From an uncultured Methanosarcinaceae archaeon (GTDB lineage: Archaea; Halobacteriota; Methanosarcinia; Methanosarcinales; Methanosarcinaceae), in the NCBI GenBank assembly GCA_963733675.1, contig CAVTET010000001.1:320001-384000 (forward strand): a DNA stretch of 64,000 nt. The letters are read 5' to 3'. The notes under the pieces are model-generated. The model did no database searches, was not told where the DNA came from, and was given only the letters and a program-made list of their open reading frames with translations. A program made the position numbers and the translations under genes. Below are positions 43,331 through 55,241 of this stretch, in pieces (within the stretch, counting starts at the first letter, position 1; each line of letters starts with the position of its first letter).

Positions 43331-44182
43331 GTATTCCAATCCATCTCTAACTTTTTTTCTTTGCAGGAATCCGTTTTAAATTTTTCTCGCGAATGTCTTT
43401 ATTTGCTCCGATCTTTTTAGGATAGATTATTCTTTGATTTTAGAGATAGCTTCCTCTATCCTCAAAATACTTCTTTTATTTTTAATGTCATCAAATGATA
43501 GAGGAGCTAACAAAAATCTTTACACAACATCTTCAGATTCACTCTTTAACAATGCTGTGAAATTTATATTCAAAGCTGACTTACAACCTTTTTTTGTCCA
43601 TGTTCAGTAGCTGACTCTTTTTGTTCTTCTTCATTTTCTCGAAGTTTATCCTCTTTTGCATGTCCAGGATCTGAATAGATAGAAGTAGAATCCTGAATAA
43701 TTACCTTTTTATTTTCAACTCAAGACAATCAAATTGACTTCACAACTGTCTTTATATTTCATTTTACTTGCGATTCTCAATAATTTCTTTTCTGATTAAC
43801 CATACTTTGGTACTTTCTAGTATGTACTAAGGAAAGCCAAGAAATTTCCTGAACGAGATTCAATCAATACACTGTTTCTTAAGCGCAAAGTCTGAAAGGC
43901 AATTCTACAGCTGTAAAACTAGTACTTTTAACATAATTATTAATTCTGATTCAGATCTACTTCAGGACACTGTTTTGTTAAAATATATCGACTTAAAAAT
44001 GATACGAAAAATTTCCAATAAATTAATGAATCAATTTCAAAAAGTTTGTTTCTAATTGACTGAAATAAGTTGTATTTTTCATTAGGAACAAAATAAGTAA
44101 ACGTTTTCAGGAGTAAAAATTATTTTCAAGATATTTTAATTATTCAATACTTATAATACATATAAGTTTATCGAAATTTTCC
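43331..44182 (-). mobile_element. Decayed IS5-family element (old lineage)
   Basis: IIQDSTSIYSDPGHAKEDK fragment; end AAGTTTATCGAAATTTTCC matches the family TIR. Confidence 0.65.
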
Positions 44183-44615
44183 AGAATTTTATACACTACT
44201 GATTCGACAATTTGATTTTTACATTGAAGGGAACTTTTCATTCTAAGATAAATAGCAAAGCAATATTCTGAACCATAATTTTTTGACCAATTTTTTATAA
44301 TTCTATTTTATAAATAATTCTCGGGCCAAAGATGGTTATTTTTTCAAATTCTAATCAAATTTTTGACATTGAATTTAACAGATTAATATGGATATGATCG
44401 AAAATGTAGTCTTTTCCTAGTGAAAATATATTAACCATTGATTTTGCATCTTTTTTGTGATGAATGAAAAAAATACAGAATCATCAGATTTTACAGAATT
44501 TTCGGTAGCCTGCCAAAAATCTGGAAACCAGAAAATAATAAAAAATTTTACTTTCAAACATTTATAAATTCGCAAGATCTGGATTTATCCATAATTATCT
44601 GGTCATAAAAAGAAT

Positions 44616-45662
44616 TCATTTCGGTCCTTCAAAAAGAGACGGATATTTCTTTTTTAATGGTAAGCGAAGCTCTTCGTCCAATTTTGCATTATAAAGTGTT
44701 TTCACTTCAGAAAGTTGTTCAATTTTAAGATTTTTAGCTTGTATAAGGTCAGCCCCAGAAAGGTTAGCCTCAGAAAGGTTAGCCTCAGAAAAGTTAGCCT
44801 CAGAAAGGTTAGTCACAGAAAAAATAGCCTTAAGACCAGCCCTAGATAGGTTATCTTTAAGGTCAGCCTCAGAAAGGAAATCCGTATGGGCAACCCTAAG
44901 GTCTGCTCTGAGGTTAGCACTAGAAAGGTCGGCTCCAGATAGGTTAGCCCTATAAAAGTCAGCGCCAGAAAGGTTAGCCTCAGAAAAGTTAGCATCAGAA
45001 AGGTCAGCCTTAATAAGAATAGCATTAGAAAGGTCAGCTCTATAAAGGTTAGCTCTATAAAGGATAGCCTCAGAAAGGTTAGCACCAAAAAGGTTAGCTT
45101 CAGAAAGATTAGCACCAGAAAAGTTAGCCTTCAATAAATCAGAATATTGGAGATTAGTTCTCGAAAGATTTAGATTGTTGGTCTCTCCAGACTCAAAGGA
45201 GTATTTGCGTCTTCGAAGGATAGTGAGAATCACTTGAATGTCTAAAGTTACATTTTTCACTGCTATGCCTTGTTTTTTTGCACTTTCGCTAGCTTGAGTA
45301 TCCATAAATATGGGTTCTCTTATCAGAGAACTTTCTAATAATTGATTATCAACGCTAGAATTTTTCCTAACGTAAGCCGTCAAAATTTCCATAATTGGCC
45401 AGTAATCTTTCTCAGATTCAGTTGAAATTCTCTCAAGAGTATATATTCCACCTAACCTAGTCTCCATTTTTTCATTTCCCAACTGATCGATAGCCCGATT
45501 GAAACCTTCAGTAATCTGCCATTCCTGAGCAATACTTACTTCTTTTTCAGTAGCATAAACTTGATTCACCGTAACAAGAGTTTCTTTGCGAGTATAATAT
45601 AAAGTAATGATGGCGACAATGGAAGCAAAGCCTATAATGTATATTAGTTCACTCAAATTCAT
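44616..45662 (-). CDS. Membrane-anchored pentapeptide-repeat protein
   Basis: N-terminal TM helix, FNRAIDQLG..RLGGIYTLERI domain, many A[DN]L-S-x repeats. Confidence 0.9.
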   Translation of the reverse strand: MNLSELIYIIGFASIVAIITLYYTRKETLVTVNQVYATEKEVSIAQEWQITEGFNRAIDQLGNEKMETRLGGIYTLERISTESEKDYWPIMEILTAYVRKNSSVDNQLLESSLIREPIFMDTQASESAKKQGIAVKNVTLDIQVILTILRRRKYSFESGETNNLNLSRTNLQYSDLLKANFSGANLSEANLFGANLSEAILYRANLYRADLSNAILIKADLSDANFSEANLSGADFYRANLSGADLSSANLRADLRVAHTDFLSEADLKDNLSRAGLKAIFSVTNLSEANFSEANLSEANLSGADLIQAKNLKIEQLSEVKTLYNAKLDEELRLPLKKKYPSLFEGPK

Positions 45663-45727
45663 ATTTATTCATCTTTAGAGTTATTTTAGAGTATAAAGAG
45701 ATACTTAATTGTGATTTGGAATATATA

Positions 45728-45840
45728 TTATTCCCACCAGAATCGCCACCAAGGTTTTTTAGCTCCTGGCACTTCAAATGACTTCAGATTAAGCATTGTT
45801 TGTAAATGGACATCCTGAGCTTGCGTAGTCTTCTTGAAAA
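45728..45840 (-). pseudogene. 3' relic of a protein ending KKPWWRFWWE
   Basis: KKTTQAQDVHLQTMLNLKSFEVPGAKKPWWRFWWE*. Confidence 0.4.
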
Positions 45841-45895
45841 TTAGTAAAAATCATAGACCCTATGTGTCTATGATCTAAAAGTTTATAGTCCTAAA

Positions 45896-46148
45896 GGTTC
45901 CGTTGCAAAAAATTCAAAAAAATATGTAAATCTATAGGTAATGAATAAAAATCAGAATATTCAAAGAAAATGCACTAACATTATAAAACTATACCAAACA
46001 ATTGATTAATGTATTTGACTTCATTAAGAACAGAGTAATTTAGATCATTTACTTGTCCTTTTTTGATCATATTCATAGCTTCAATTCCTTTTAAAGTCTT
46101 ATTAGTAGATTGAAAAGACTGAAATCCTAACATTGGATTAACGATTCG
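45896..46148 (-). mobile_element. IS6 right-end fragment (copy D), truncated by copy E
   Basis: TIR and transposase 3' end nearly identical to copy C, ends exactly at the next TIR. Confidence 0.92.
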
Positions 46149-47003
46149 GGTTCCGTTGCAAAAAATCCTTTCTAATGATACAATAGAATAAAAAGAAAAC
46201 CAAAGATAGTAACATTCTATCTAATTCCTTTAAATGGAAGCATTATGAAGGGGAAATTATCTTATTGAATGTAAGATGGTACTTAAAATATGCATTAAGT
46301 TATAGAAATTTGAAGGAAATGATGGCAGAAAGGGGAGTAAAAGTCGACCATACAACAATCATGAGATGGGTACATCAATATTCCCCTGAAATAGAAAAGA
46401 AGATAAGAAGACATTTAAGACCAACAAATGATTCGTGGAGAGTTGATGAAACCTATATCAAAGTAAAAGGTAAATGGAAATATTTTTACCGAGCAGTTGA
46501 CTCAAATGGAGATACAATTGATTTCATGTTAAGTTCAAAACGAGATAGAAAGGCAGCGAAGAGATTCTTTAAGAAAGCTTTAAGTTCTAATCATAATCAA
46601 ATTCCAAGATTAATAACCGTTGATAAGAATCCAGCTTATCCACCTGCTATAGATAAACTAAAAATTGATAAAATACTACCTAAAAACGTAGGCATTCGAC
46701 AAATCAAATATTTGAATAACATTATAGAACAAGATCACAGATCTATAAAGAGAATCGTTAATCCAATGTTAGGATTTCAGTCTTTTCGATCTGCTAATAA
46801 GACTTTAAAAGGAATTGAAGCTATAAATATGATCAAAAAAGGACAAGTAAATGATCTAAATTACTCTGTTCTTAATGAAGTCAAATACATTAATCAATTA
46901 TTTGGTATAGTTTTATAATGTTAGTACATTTTCCTTGAATACTTTGATTTTTATTCATTACTTATAGATTTATATATTTTTTTGAATTTTTTGCAACGGA
47001 ACC
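46149..47003 (+). mobile_element. IS6-family element, copy E (start codon ATG changed to ATT)
   Basis: TIRs and DDE motifs; AACATTCTATCT where other copies have AATATGCTATCT. Confidence 0.95.
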
Positions 47004-47746
47004 ATATATTCACCTTTTAAAGAGAACATTACAATAATCATAAATAGTAGAGCATAAAGTGAAATAGTACCTGCTTTAGGAATGAATTTGCCGTCATACC
47101 ATTTTGCTCCTTTTGAAGGACGCAAGAAGTAACGGGTTAAAAATCCAGCAGCAAAGGGAATTCCCAGGTATATTGCAACACTTTGGGCTACCTCTCCCAT
47201 GGATACATGTATTTCAATACCACTAAGTCCAAGCCACCCGGGTAGTGTGGTTATAGAAAAGTAAGCAAAAACGGAATAAAAAACTAACTGGAAGATAGAA
47301 TTGAAGGCAACTAAAGCTGCAGCATACTCATTATCCTCATCTGCTAGGGTATTCCAAACAATCACCATTGCGATACATCTGGCCAAACCAATTAGAATGA
47401 CACCTACCATATACTCAGGATAAGCTCTAAGAAATATAATCGCCAATACAAACATCAAAATAGGACCAATGACCCAATTTTCTAGTAAGGATAATCCTAA
47501 TACCTTGTGATTTTTGAATACCTTTCCTAATTCTTCGTATTTGACCCTTGCTAAGGGAGGATCCATCATAACTATCAAACCAATGGCAATAGGACTCGAG
47601 GTAGTTCCAATAGATAGACTCTTTAAAAAATCTGCAAATCCTGGATAAACAAAGCCTAAACCTACACCAATAAACATAGCTAGAAAAATCCATAAGGTTA
47701 AATAACGATTTAGAAAAGATAATTTTGACAAAGCAGAGTCTTCCAA
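47004..47746 (-). pseudogene. acr3: ACR3-family arsenite efflux pump, 3' end removed by IS6 copy E
   Basis: [36 protein letters not shown]; frame runs into the IS6 TIR. Confidence 0.9.
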
Positions 47747-47787
47747 AAAAACACCTTCTATTCGTGATTATAACCGATTACTTATCA

Positions 47788-48125
47788 TCAATCGCAAGAT
47801 CTACCACTTGCTTTGATCTTCTCCAGTAATTCTAAATCTTCTTTACAAATGCTGATTTTTTCTATTTCGTCGTTGATGATGATTGAAAGGAAGGAAAATA
47901 TTTGAAAAATCGAACTATTAAGTCTATAATAGACCCATTGTGACTTTTTTTAGAAACACTGATTCCTGCTATTTTCATTCTATTTAAGTGTCTGGAAGCA
48001 TTGGACTGTTTAATGCCCATGACTGATTCAATATCACAGCCACACAATTCACCGCTTCTTAAAAGATTCAGTATTCGTATTCTGTTTTCATCAACCAACG
48101 CCTTAAATATGTGAACAATATCCAC
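47788..48125 (-). pseudogene. arsR: ArsR/SmtB arsenic-responsive repressor, frameshift in an A7 run
   Basis: FKALVDENRIRILNLL..ELCGCD..SNASRHL; adding one A restores KKSQWVYYRL...GRSCD*. Confidence 0.8.
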
Positions 48126-48269
48126 AGATATCGCCGAAATTATATGAGTATATGCAAGTATACTCACAGTATATTTAATAATGCTTTTTTGGCTCTTTAG
48201 AATCTCTCAATTTAGAAACTTTTTAAATACGGTATGATAATATAATAATTGGGGCCAGCGGGAACCGCA

Positions 48270-48400
48270 AAAGCCATTCAATCCTGCGGGTTAATTTCAA
48301 TTGCTTTGTCAAATGCTGCAATTACTTCATCTAAATTGTCTAATTTCCCTAGACCAAATTCTTTATTGTACAAAGCCTCAAAGCCTATGGGCAGTTCTGA
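48270..48400 (-). pseudogene. TPR-repeat fragment
   Basis: LYNKEFGLGKLDNLDEVIAAFDKAIEINPQD. Confidence 0.55.
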
Positions 48401-48650
48401 AATAATATTAATTGTAGCCCCAATTTCAGAGAAGGCTGCGATGCTTTCCATATGATGTACTTGTAGAGGCTCTCTCAATATATATGAATTTACAATAATT
48501 ATTTTGAAGAAAGCAATATAATACAGTTTCCATTAGAAATAGTGGGGTTTTGAATTTACTATATATTTTCTATTAATTTTAAGCTTCCTATAATGTTCAT
48601 GCACCTATCATTATTAACTCATAATATGTAGAATAACTAAGTTAGGTGAT

Positions 48651-48900
48651 TTATGAAACGATTAGTTTCCTTATTTTGCTTACACTTGTATATGGAAATT
48701 CCTCAATGACCTTACTGACTAAGGACCCGGTTCCATATCCAGTATCAATCCATACTTTCGGGCTGATTGGTAGCGATTTTACGAAGTTGAGGGTCTCCTG
48801 ATGGAAAGAGAAGTAATAAGGAATAGCACCGGAGATCTTGGTATCATAATCTTCGGAAAGATAGTAAGTATAATTTTTTGTAGATTGTACAGGAGTCATA
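48651..48900 (-). pseudogene. Class I SAM-dependent methyltransferase, truncated
   Basis: YDTKISGAIPYY..FHQET, WIDTGYGTGSL motif I, then stops early. Confidence 0.65.
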
Positions 48901-49674
48901 GTAGTAGATCCTTTGAATTCTACGATAAGTAAACTTTGCTGACATTGTATGGTCGAACAAAATAAGTAAAGAAAATACCTCATCATTCAATCATGCTAAG
49001 CAATTGAACTCGTTGAACGAATTAATCATATTTTTTCGTTTTTAGACAAGGCAATTACTATCTATTCTCCGATGAAATAGCGGTTGATAGAATAAATATA
49101 AACTGATTTTAATTGAAAACAAGTTTTGAGAATGAATTAATTTGTCACTAAGAGATATAATACCTAAGGAAATTGACTTCCTTGTAAAAAAAGCCTTGGA
49201 AGAACTAGAGTCTGTTGATTCAAAGATAATTCCCACTTACAAGATGTTCGTAGAAAAAAATAGTGATTTTAAAATGCAGGAGTTGTTTAGGATAAGGAAA
49301 AAACTTCCCTGCCCATCGCATATACCACTGTTGTGAATTTAAGGAGATACTCAAAGAGGACAGGTATTAGTTACTTGTCAAATTCATATCTCCTGCAATC
49401 ACTCAATTAAATTTATTGAATTTTCTAAAAAGCTTTTTCTTGTGAACTATTGAACAAATTATATACTAATCAAAATAGTCATTCGGAACTACAACAAACC
49501 GGAACTACTGAGGAGATACGAGATTATTTATATCAGGCTGGCATTTAGCAGGCAAAAAAGTTATCCCATCTTTTAATTCAATGCAAATTCATTCAGATAC
49601 ATAATTTATCAATACTTTGTATATATCTTAAATATCACATATTCTACACATATTACATATTTGAGAGGTAAAAT

Positions 49675-50853
49675 ATGTTTCAGATAGGAGAAGCATTAAT
49701 GGGGCAGGGCTCAGAACTTGCCCATGTCGATTTAATGATAGGAGATAAACTTGGTCCTGTGGGACAGGCTTTTGCAAACGGCCTGACTCAACTTTCGGCT
49801 GGACACACACCACTTCTATCCGTCATCAGGCCAAACCTACCACCAAAACCTTCCACCCTTATAATTCCAAAGGTTACGGTAAAGAATATGGAGCAGGCAG
49901 CAAAGATTTTCGGACCTGCCCAGTCAGCAGTTGCAAAAGCAGTAGCAGATTCTGTCGAAGAAGGCGTAATCTTGAAGGAACAAGTTGAAAACATTGTTAT
50001 TGTAGCAAGCGTCTTCATTCACCCAGAAGCTAAGGACTATAACAAAATTTATAGATACAACTACGGAGCCACAAAACTCGCAATTAAACGTGCTATGGAA
50101 AGCTTCCCGGATATTGATAGAGTTCTCGAAGAGAGCAATAAATCCACACATGCAATTATGGGATTCAAAGTCATTAGGCTCTGGGATCCGCCCTATTTAC
50201 AGATCGCTTTTGACAACCCCAACTTGGAAACTGCACTTTCTGCCATCTCCCAGATTCCTAACAGCGATCATGTGATCATTGAAGCTGGTACGCCTCTTAT
50301 CAAACGCTATGGGGTAGATATCATCTCAAAGATTAGGCAGGTAAGACCCGATGCCTTCATTGTCGCTGACTTAAAGACCCTTGATACTGGAAACCTGGAA
50401 GCAAGGATGGTTGCAGATGCCGCAGGTGATGCCATTGTAGTCTCTGCTCTTGCTCCGATCAACACTATTGATAAACTCATCGAGGAAGCCCACAAAACAG
50501 GTATTTATGCAGTCATGGATACTCTCAACGAGCATGATCCAATTTCAGTCTTAAAGAATCTTAAGGTTATGCCGGATGTCATTGAACTCCATCGTGGAAT
50601 TGACATCGAAAGTACTGAACATGCCTGGGGAGATATTGCCGAGATCAAGAAGGTTGCTCCAAAAGCTTTAATTGCCGTTGCAGGTGGAGTTCGTCTCGAC
50701 AATGTATCCATGGCTCTAAACCAGGGGGCTGACATTCTTGTCGTCGGGCGTGCAATCACCAATGCAAAAGATGTTAGGGAAGTCGCAGAGCAGTTTATCA
50801 ATAGCCTTAATAAACCTGAAATTGATCAATTCAGAATTATGACGGACTTTTGA
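49675..50853 (+). CDS. fae-hps: Bifunctional formaldehyde-activating enzyme / 3-hexulose-6-phosphate synthase
   Basis: Fae domain [13 protein letters not shown]; Hps domain [23 protein letters not shown]. Confidence 0.96.
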   Translation: MFQIGEALMGQGSELAHVDLMIGDKLGPVGQAFANGLTQLSAGHTPLLSVIRPNLPPKPSTLIIPKVTVKNMEQAAKIFGPAQSAVAKAVADSVEEGVILKEQVENIVIVASVFIHPEAKDYNKIYRYNYGATKLAIKRAMESFPDIDRVLEESNKSTHAIMGFKVIRLWDPPYLQIAFDNPNLETALSAISQIPNSDHVIIEAGTPLIKRYGVDIISKIRQVRPDAFIVADLKTLDTGNLEARMVADAAGDAIVVSALAPINTIDKLIEEAHKTGIYAVMDTLNEHDPISVLKNLKVMPDVIELHRGIDIESTEHAWGDIAEIKKVAPKALIAVAGGVRLDNVSMALNQGADILVVGRAITNAKDVREVAEQFINSLNKPEIDQFRIMTDF

Positions 50854-51002
50854 GCAGATTTTAAAATCTCGGGAAAAGATCCTGGAAAAAACTGCTAAAA
50901 AAGTAAAATATAACACAATCATATGGTAGAAAAATATAAGAGAAAGCGTTAAAATTCTCGCTTTCTTTTCCATTTTCTATTTGTTTTTCGGGAGGAGATT
51001 TC

Positions 51003-51671
51003 TTGGGTTTACCCTTCATTTTACTGAATTTCAAGACTTATATGCAGGGTACAGGTCAGAATGCATTGAAAATTGCAACAGCCTGTAAAGTAGTATCTGA
51101 AGAATCAGGTATCAAAATTGCAGTGGCTCCACAGCTTCCAGACATTTACAGAGTAGCCTCGGAAGTTGAACTTCAGGTCTTTTCTCAACACATGGACGGA
51201 ATAGGAGAAGGAAGTTTTACTGGGTATATTTTTGGAGGGTGTATAAAAGAAGCAGGAGCCTTCGGGACTCTGATAAATCATTCTGAAAGGCGTCTGACTC
51301 TTGCAGATATTGAAGCTTCCATGAGGGCAGCAAGAGACTTCGGACTAAGAACAGTTATCTGTACTAATAACATCCCTACTACAGTAGCAGCCGCGGCCCT
51401 TGGTCCCGATTATGTTGCAATCGAGCCTCCTGAGCTAATAGGTAGCGGAATCTCAGTCTCAAAGGTCGATCCTGAAGTCGTTAGTGGCTCGGTTGAAGCA
51501 GTTGCAAAAATCAATCATGAAGTAAAAGTACTTTGTGGAGCCGGGATCTCAAAAGGTGACGATCTCAGGGCAGCTCTTGATCTTGGATCTGAAGGTGTGC
51601 TCCTGGCATCAGGAATCGTTAAAGCAAAAGACCCAAAAGCCGCACTTGAAGATTTGATCAGTCTAGTTTAA
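51003..51671 (+). CDS. tpiA: Triosephosphate isomerase (archaeal type)
   Basis: NFKTY, NHSE, IEPPELIG, LCGAGI, GVLLASG; TTG start after GGAGGAG. Confidence 0.96.
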   Translation: MGLPFILLNFKTYMQGTGQNALKIATACKVVSEESGIKIAVAPQLPDIYRVASEVELQVFSQHMDGIGEGSFTGYIFGGCIKEAGAFGTLINHSERRLTLADIEASMRAARDFGLRTVICTNNIPTTVAAAALGPDYVAIEPPELIGSGISVSKVDPEVVSGSVEAVAKINHEVKVLCGAGISKGDDLRAALDLGSEGVLLASGIVKAKDPKAALEDLISLV

Positions 51672-52159
51672 GTTTCACTTCCTACATTTTATTTAAAAAA
51701 GTCTGGATACTAAGGAATACATCGACCTATTTGAAAAGAATTCAGCTTCTCAGCCACTATTTCTCTAATCTCTCACAATTATTTCGCTACGTAATCCAAA
51801 TCTATTGATTTGTTTTTAAGTTATCACAAATATGTATTGTAAATCTATTGAAATTCGAGAAACATAATCCATCGCCAACGATTAAAGAAAATTAGCTCAA
51901 AAAAATTACCCACGATGTCTTGAATTCAACATTTTGAAGATGTACACACACGTAGAATGTCGTTAGTTTACTATTTGTGCTAATTAAATTAACAATTTAT
52001 TGGCCAGTGGAATTGCCTAAAAAACCAATTTTACATCCATGATCACGGTCAAATTTGATCCGTCCATGGTAACTTACTGATTACTTTTTAGACAGGCTTG
52101 AAAATCAAATTTCGATTAGAATTCTTGCCCACAATAATGACGAGTCAATTTAAGTTGTA

Positions 52160-52470
52160 AAGGGCACTGTTTTGAGTTTGATGCAATCGATATTAATGAT
52201 TACAATGTACTTCTTTTCATAGGATCTGAATCAAAATATTCTCCTCCAAAAATGATGCAGATTATAAAAAGCATCACAAAAGGAAAAATCTTTAAAGAAT
52301 ATCTAAGATTAAAAACAGTTAAATGATTGTGAACTGTGGGTTGATGGAGAATATATTGGAACTATGAATTATGGTACAAATTTCGATGTAATTAAAAACT
52401 ATTTTGAAGATCAGGGAAACAAGGAAGAGAATGAGCATATAAGAAAATGGAAGTAGTTGATTTTAAATAA
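52160..52470 (+). pseudogene. tnpA: IS200/IS605 TnpA relic, C-terminal half
   Basis: CFEFDAI, SESKYSPPKMMQIIKSITKGKIFKEY, ELWVDGEYIGT, DVIKNYFEDQG. Confidence 0.75.
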
Positions 52471-52599
52471 TTAATGTATATCCAAATTGTGGCGTGAACA
52501 TAAACTGTGCTTTCAGTGGGATGCGAAACCGAACTTTTGATTTAGAGCCTGTTATTCAAAGAATTTCAAATTTTTTTGAATGAATTTTTTGACTATTGA

Positions 52600-52667
52600 A
52601 GCTTTGCACCTAAAGTCCCATTTCAGCCAGACTTTAAGTGCAAGAATTAGACTTTCGGTGCAAAGCC
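52600..52667. repeat. 68-bp inverted-repeat mini-element
   Basis: GCTTTGCACCTAAAGTC ... GACTTTCGGTGCAAAGC with an internal partial third copy. Confidence 0.6.
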
Positions 52668-53033
52668 GAATATTGAGTAAAATTTATATCAAAAAGTGGG
52701 AAAATTTAAATCGACAAAGTAGGGAATGTAATCCACCATTGACATTAGTTTAATATTTATTCTGTTAGCATACAATATGCCAAATTCAATGATAAAAATT
52801 TGATCATGTCCATGAGTTGTTGAAAATCAAAATACTCTATTTATATTTATAAAGATTAAAGGAATGTAATTTGTTTCCCGGTGATCAATAACTCAAATAA
52901 ACCATCAATAATTTGAAAACTATAATATTACTCATCTATGTCTCCAAAAATGAAAATATCCTTTCAACATAAAAATCAAGTTGTCAAATTGGGATAAAAA
53001 AAGAAAAGATGATCACAATTTCTTAATTCCTTT

Positions 53034-55082
53034 CTATTTTTTTTTAAATTTTTTTATTAATTCTCTTACCTGAATTGCACGCTCAAAGTCCAACTTTTCA
53101 GCTGCCTCTCTCATTTCAACATCGAGCTCGATGATGACATTAGGTATATCAGTTTTAGGGATATGTTTGATATCAGTTATATCCACTACTTTTTCTCTAA
53201 TGGGTTTGCAGATAGTTGTCGGTACTATGTCGTGTTCTTTATTGTAAGCTATCTGAATTGAGCGGCGACGCTCTGTTTCGTTAACTGCTTTTTTGATGGA
53301 ATCAGTCATATTGTCTGCATAGAGGACAACCTTTGAACTGGCGTTCCGAGCTGCACGGCCTATTATCTGGATGAGACTTTTTGAGTTCCTCAAAAAACCT
53401 TCTTTATCTGCATCCAGGATACCGATAAAACCTACTTCTGGGATGTCAAGGCCCTCTCTGAGAAGATTGATGCCCACAAGGACATCGAATTTGCCAAGAC
53501 GAAGTTCTCGGATGATTTCAGTTCGCTCTATTGTCTTGATATCAGAATGCAGATAACGAGCTCTAATATCATTTTTAGCAAGGAATTCAGTAAGTTCCTC
53601 AGCAAGTTTTTTAGTCAGGGTGGTTACAAGGGCTCGATCTCCCCTATTTACTATTTTTCGGATTTCCTCCATAACATCCCTGACCTGGCCTTCGAGAGGA
53701 CGGATCTCTACTTCAGGATCAACAAGACCTGTCGGTCTTATTATCTGTTCCACCACCTGGGATGAACGCTCTAGTTCGTAATCTGCGGGAGTAGCGGAAA
53801 CGAAGATCACATTTCTCATATACTGTTCGAATTCATCAAACCTCAGGGGCCGGTTGTCATAGGCGCTTGGAAGCCTGAATCCATAGTCTATAAGGCTCTT
53901 TTTTCGAGATTTGTCTCCATTATACATCCCGTGAAGCTGCGGAATGGTCTGGTGGCTCTCGTCAACGACAAGGAGAAAATCTTCAGGAAAATAATCGAGG
54001 AGGCAAAAAGGTTTCTCTCCAGGCTGGCGGTGGTCAAAATGCCTTGAGTAGTTCTCAATTCCCTTACAACTACCGGTTTCCTCTATCATTTCCATATCAT
54101 AAAGAGTACGCTGCTTTAGCCGGTGAGATTCAAGCAACCCGAGTTGTGGTAGTCTTTCTTCAAGCTCCTTTAGGATGTACTGAATTGCAGTTTTTTGCTC
54201 TTCCTCTGGAATTACATAATGTTTGGCAGGATAGACAAAGAAATAATCCAAGTTTTCAGTTCTCTGTCCTGTCTGCTTATCTACTTCAGAAATTCGATCA
54301 ACCTCATCTCCGAATAGTTCAACCTTGATGATATTATCAAAGTACCCTGGGATGATGTCAATAACATCCCCTTTTACCCTGAAGCGTCCTGGCATGAGCT
54401 CGAGGTCATTACGCTCAAACTGGATTTCAATGAGCTTTTGCAGAATTTCTTTTCTTTGAACCTTATCTCCAACTTTCAGTTCAAACCCCATTTCCTGGAA
54501 GTTTTCCGGATTTCCAAGACCATAAATACAGGATACTGATGCTACAACTATAACGTCCTGGCGAGACATCAGAGAAGCTGTGGTAGCAAGGCGCATCTGC
54601 TCGATTTTAGGATTAATCTGGGCGTCTTTTTCAATGTATTGATCCTTCGCTGGAAGGTATGACTCAGGCTGATAGTAATCATAATATGAGACAAAATACT
54701 CCACCCTATTCTCAGGAAAAAATTCACTGAACTCGTTATAAAGCTGTGCAGCGAGGGTCTTATTATGAGCAATTACAAGGGTTGGTTTCCTGAAATGGTT
54801 TATGACATTTGCAACTGTATAAGTTTTCCCAGATCCTGTTACCCCGATAAGAGTCTGAAAATGCTCCTTTTTCGCCAGCTCTGTCAAAAGTTTTTCTATC
54901 GCCTGCGGCTGTGAACCCCTGGGTTCAAAATGGGAAACCAACTTGAACTGTGGGCTGTTACGATATTGTACATCGTGTATTGTTTCGTATTTTTTTTCGG
55001 ATGATTTTTTGGATGACTTTTGGGATGATAGCTCGGATGATAACTCGGATGATGATTCGTATTCTTGATGCGAAAATTCCAT
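53034..55082 (-). CDS. uvrB: Excinuclease ABC subunit B
   Basis: GVTGSGKT, HNKTLAAQLY, SYYDYYQPE, DESH, NLLREGLDIPEV. Confidence 0.98.
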   Translation of the reverse strand: MEFSHQEYESSSELSSELSSQKSSKKSSEKKYETIHDVQYRNSPQFKLVSHFEPRGSQPQAIEKLLTELAKKEHFQTLIGVTGSGKTYTVANVINHFRKPTLVIAHNKTLAAQLYNEFSEFFPENRVEYFVSYYDYYQPESYLPAKDQYIEKDAQINPKIEQMRLATTASLMSRQDVIVVASVSCIYGLGNPENFQEMGFELKVGDKVQRKEILQKLIEIQFERNDLELMPGRFRVKGDVIDIIPGYFDNIIKVELFGDEVDRISEVDKQTGQRTENLDYFFVYPAKHYVIPEEEQKTAIQYILKELEERLPQLGLLESHRLKQRTLYDMEMIEETGSCKGIENYSRHFDHRQPGEKPFCLLDYFPEDFLLVVDESHQTIPQLHGMYNGDKSRKKSLIDYGFRLPSAYDNRPLRFDEFEQYMRNVIFVSATPADYELERSSQVVEQIIRPTGLVDPEVEIRPLEGQVRDVMEEIRKIVNRGDRALVTTLTKKLAEELTEFLAKNDIRARYLHSDIKTIERTEIIRELRLGKFDVLVGINLLREGLDIPEVGFIGILDADKEGFLRNSKSLIQIIGRAARNASSKVVLYADNMTDSIKKAVNETERRRSIQIAYNKEHDIVPTTICKPIREKVVDITDIKHIPKTDIPNVIIELDVEMREAAEKLDFERAIQVRELIKKFKKK
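54993..55052 (-). repeat. 12-bp tandem repeat x5 in the uvrB 5' region
   Basis: TCATCC every 12 nt, encoding SSEL SSEL SSQK SSKK SSEK. Confidence 0.85.
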
Positions 55083-55241
55083 AAAACCAAGACCTTAAAT
55101 TTGAAACATTTTATTATTTACTGGATTTATGACTTCTTACAGTCGCAGAATTTGGAAAATTAAAATGAATTTTTGTGATCCCAAAAAATGAAAAAAAGTC
55201 TCCAATCTGTTGAAAAATCAAATAGAGAAACATATCTACAA

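Noticed and set aside
44750-45130. 15-nt periodic repeats resembling a CRISPR array, and ORF 44813-45115
   Set aside because: They encode pentapeptide repeats, with no unique spacers or cas genes; the second ORF is a frame shadow
49142-49336. 64-aa ORF upstream of fae-hps
   Set aside because: No recognisable motif or SD; probably a fragment
53010-53050. Pyrrolysine readthrough at the uvrB TAG
   Set aside because: The stop follows an A9 run after the complete UVR domain; nothing suggests a conserved extension
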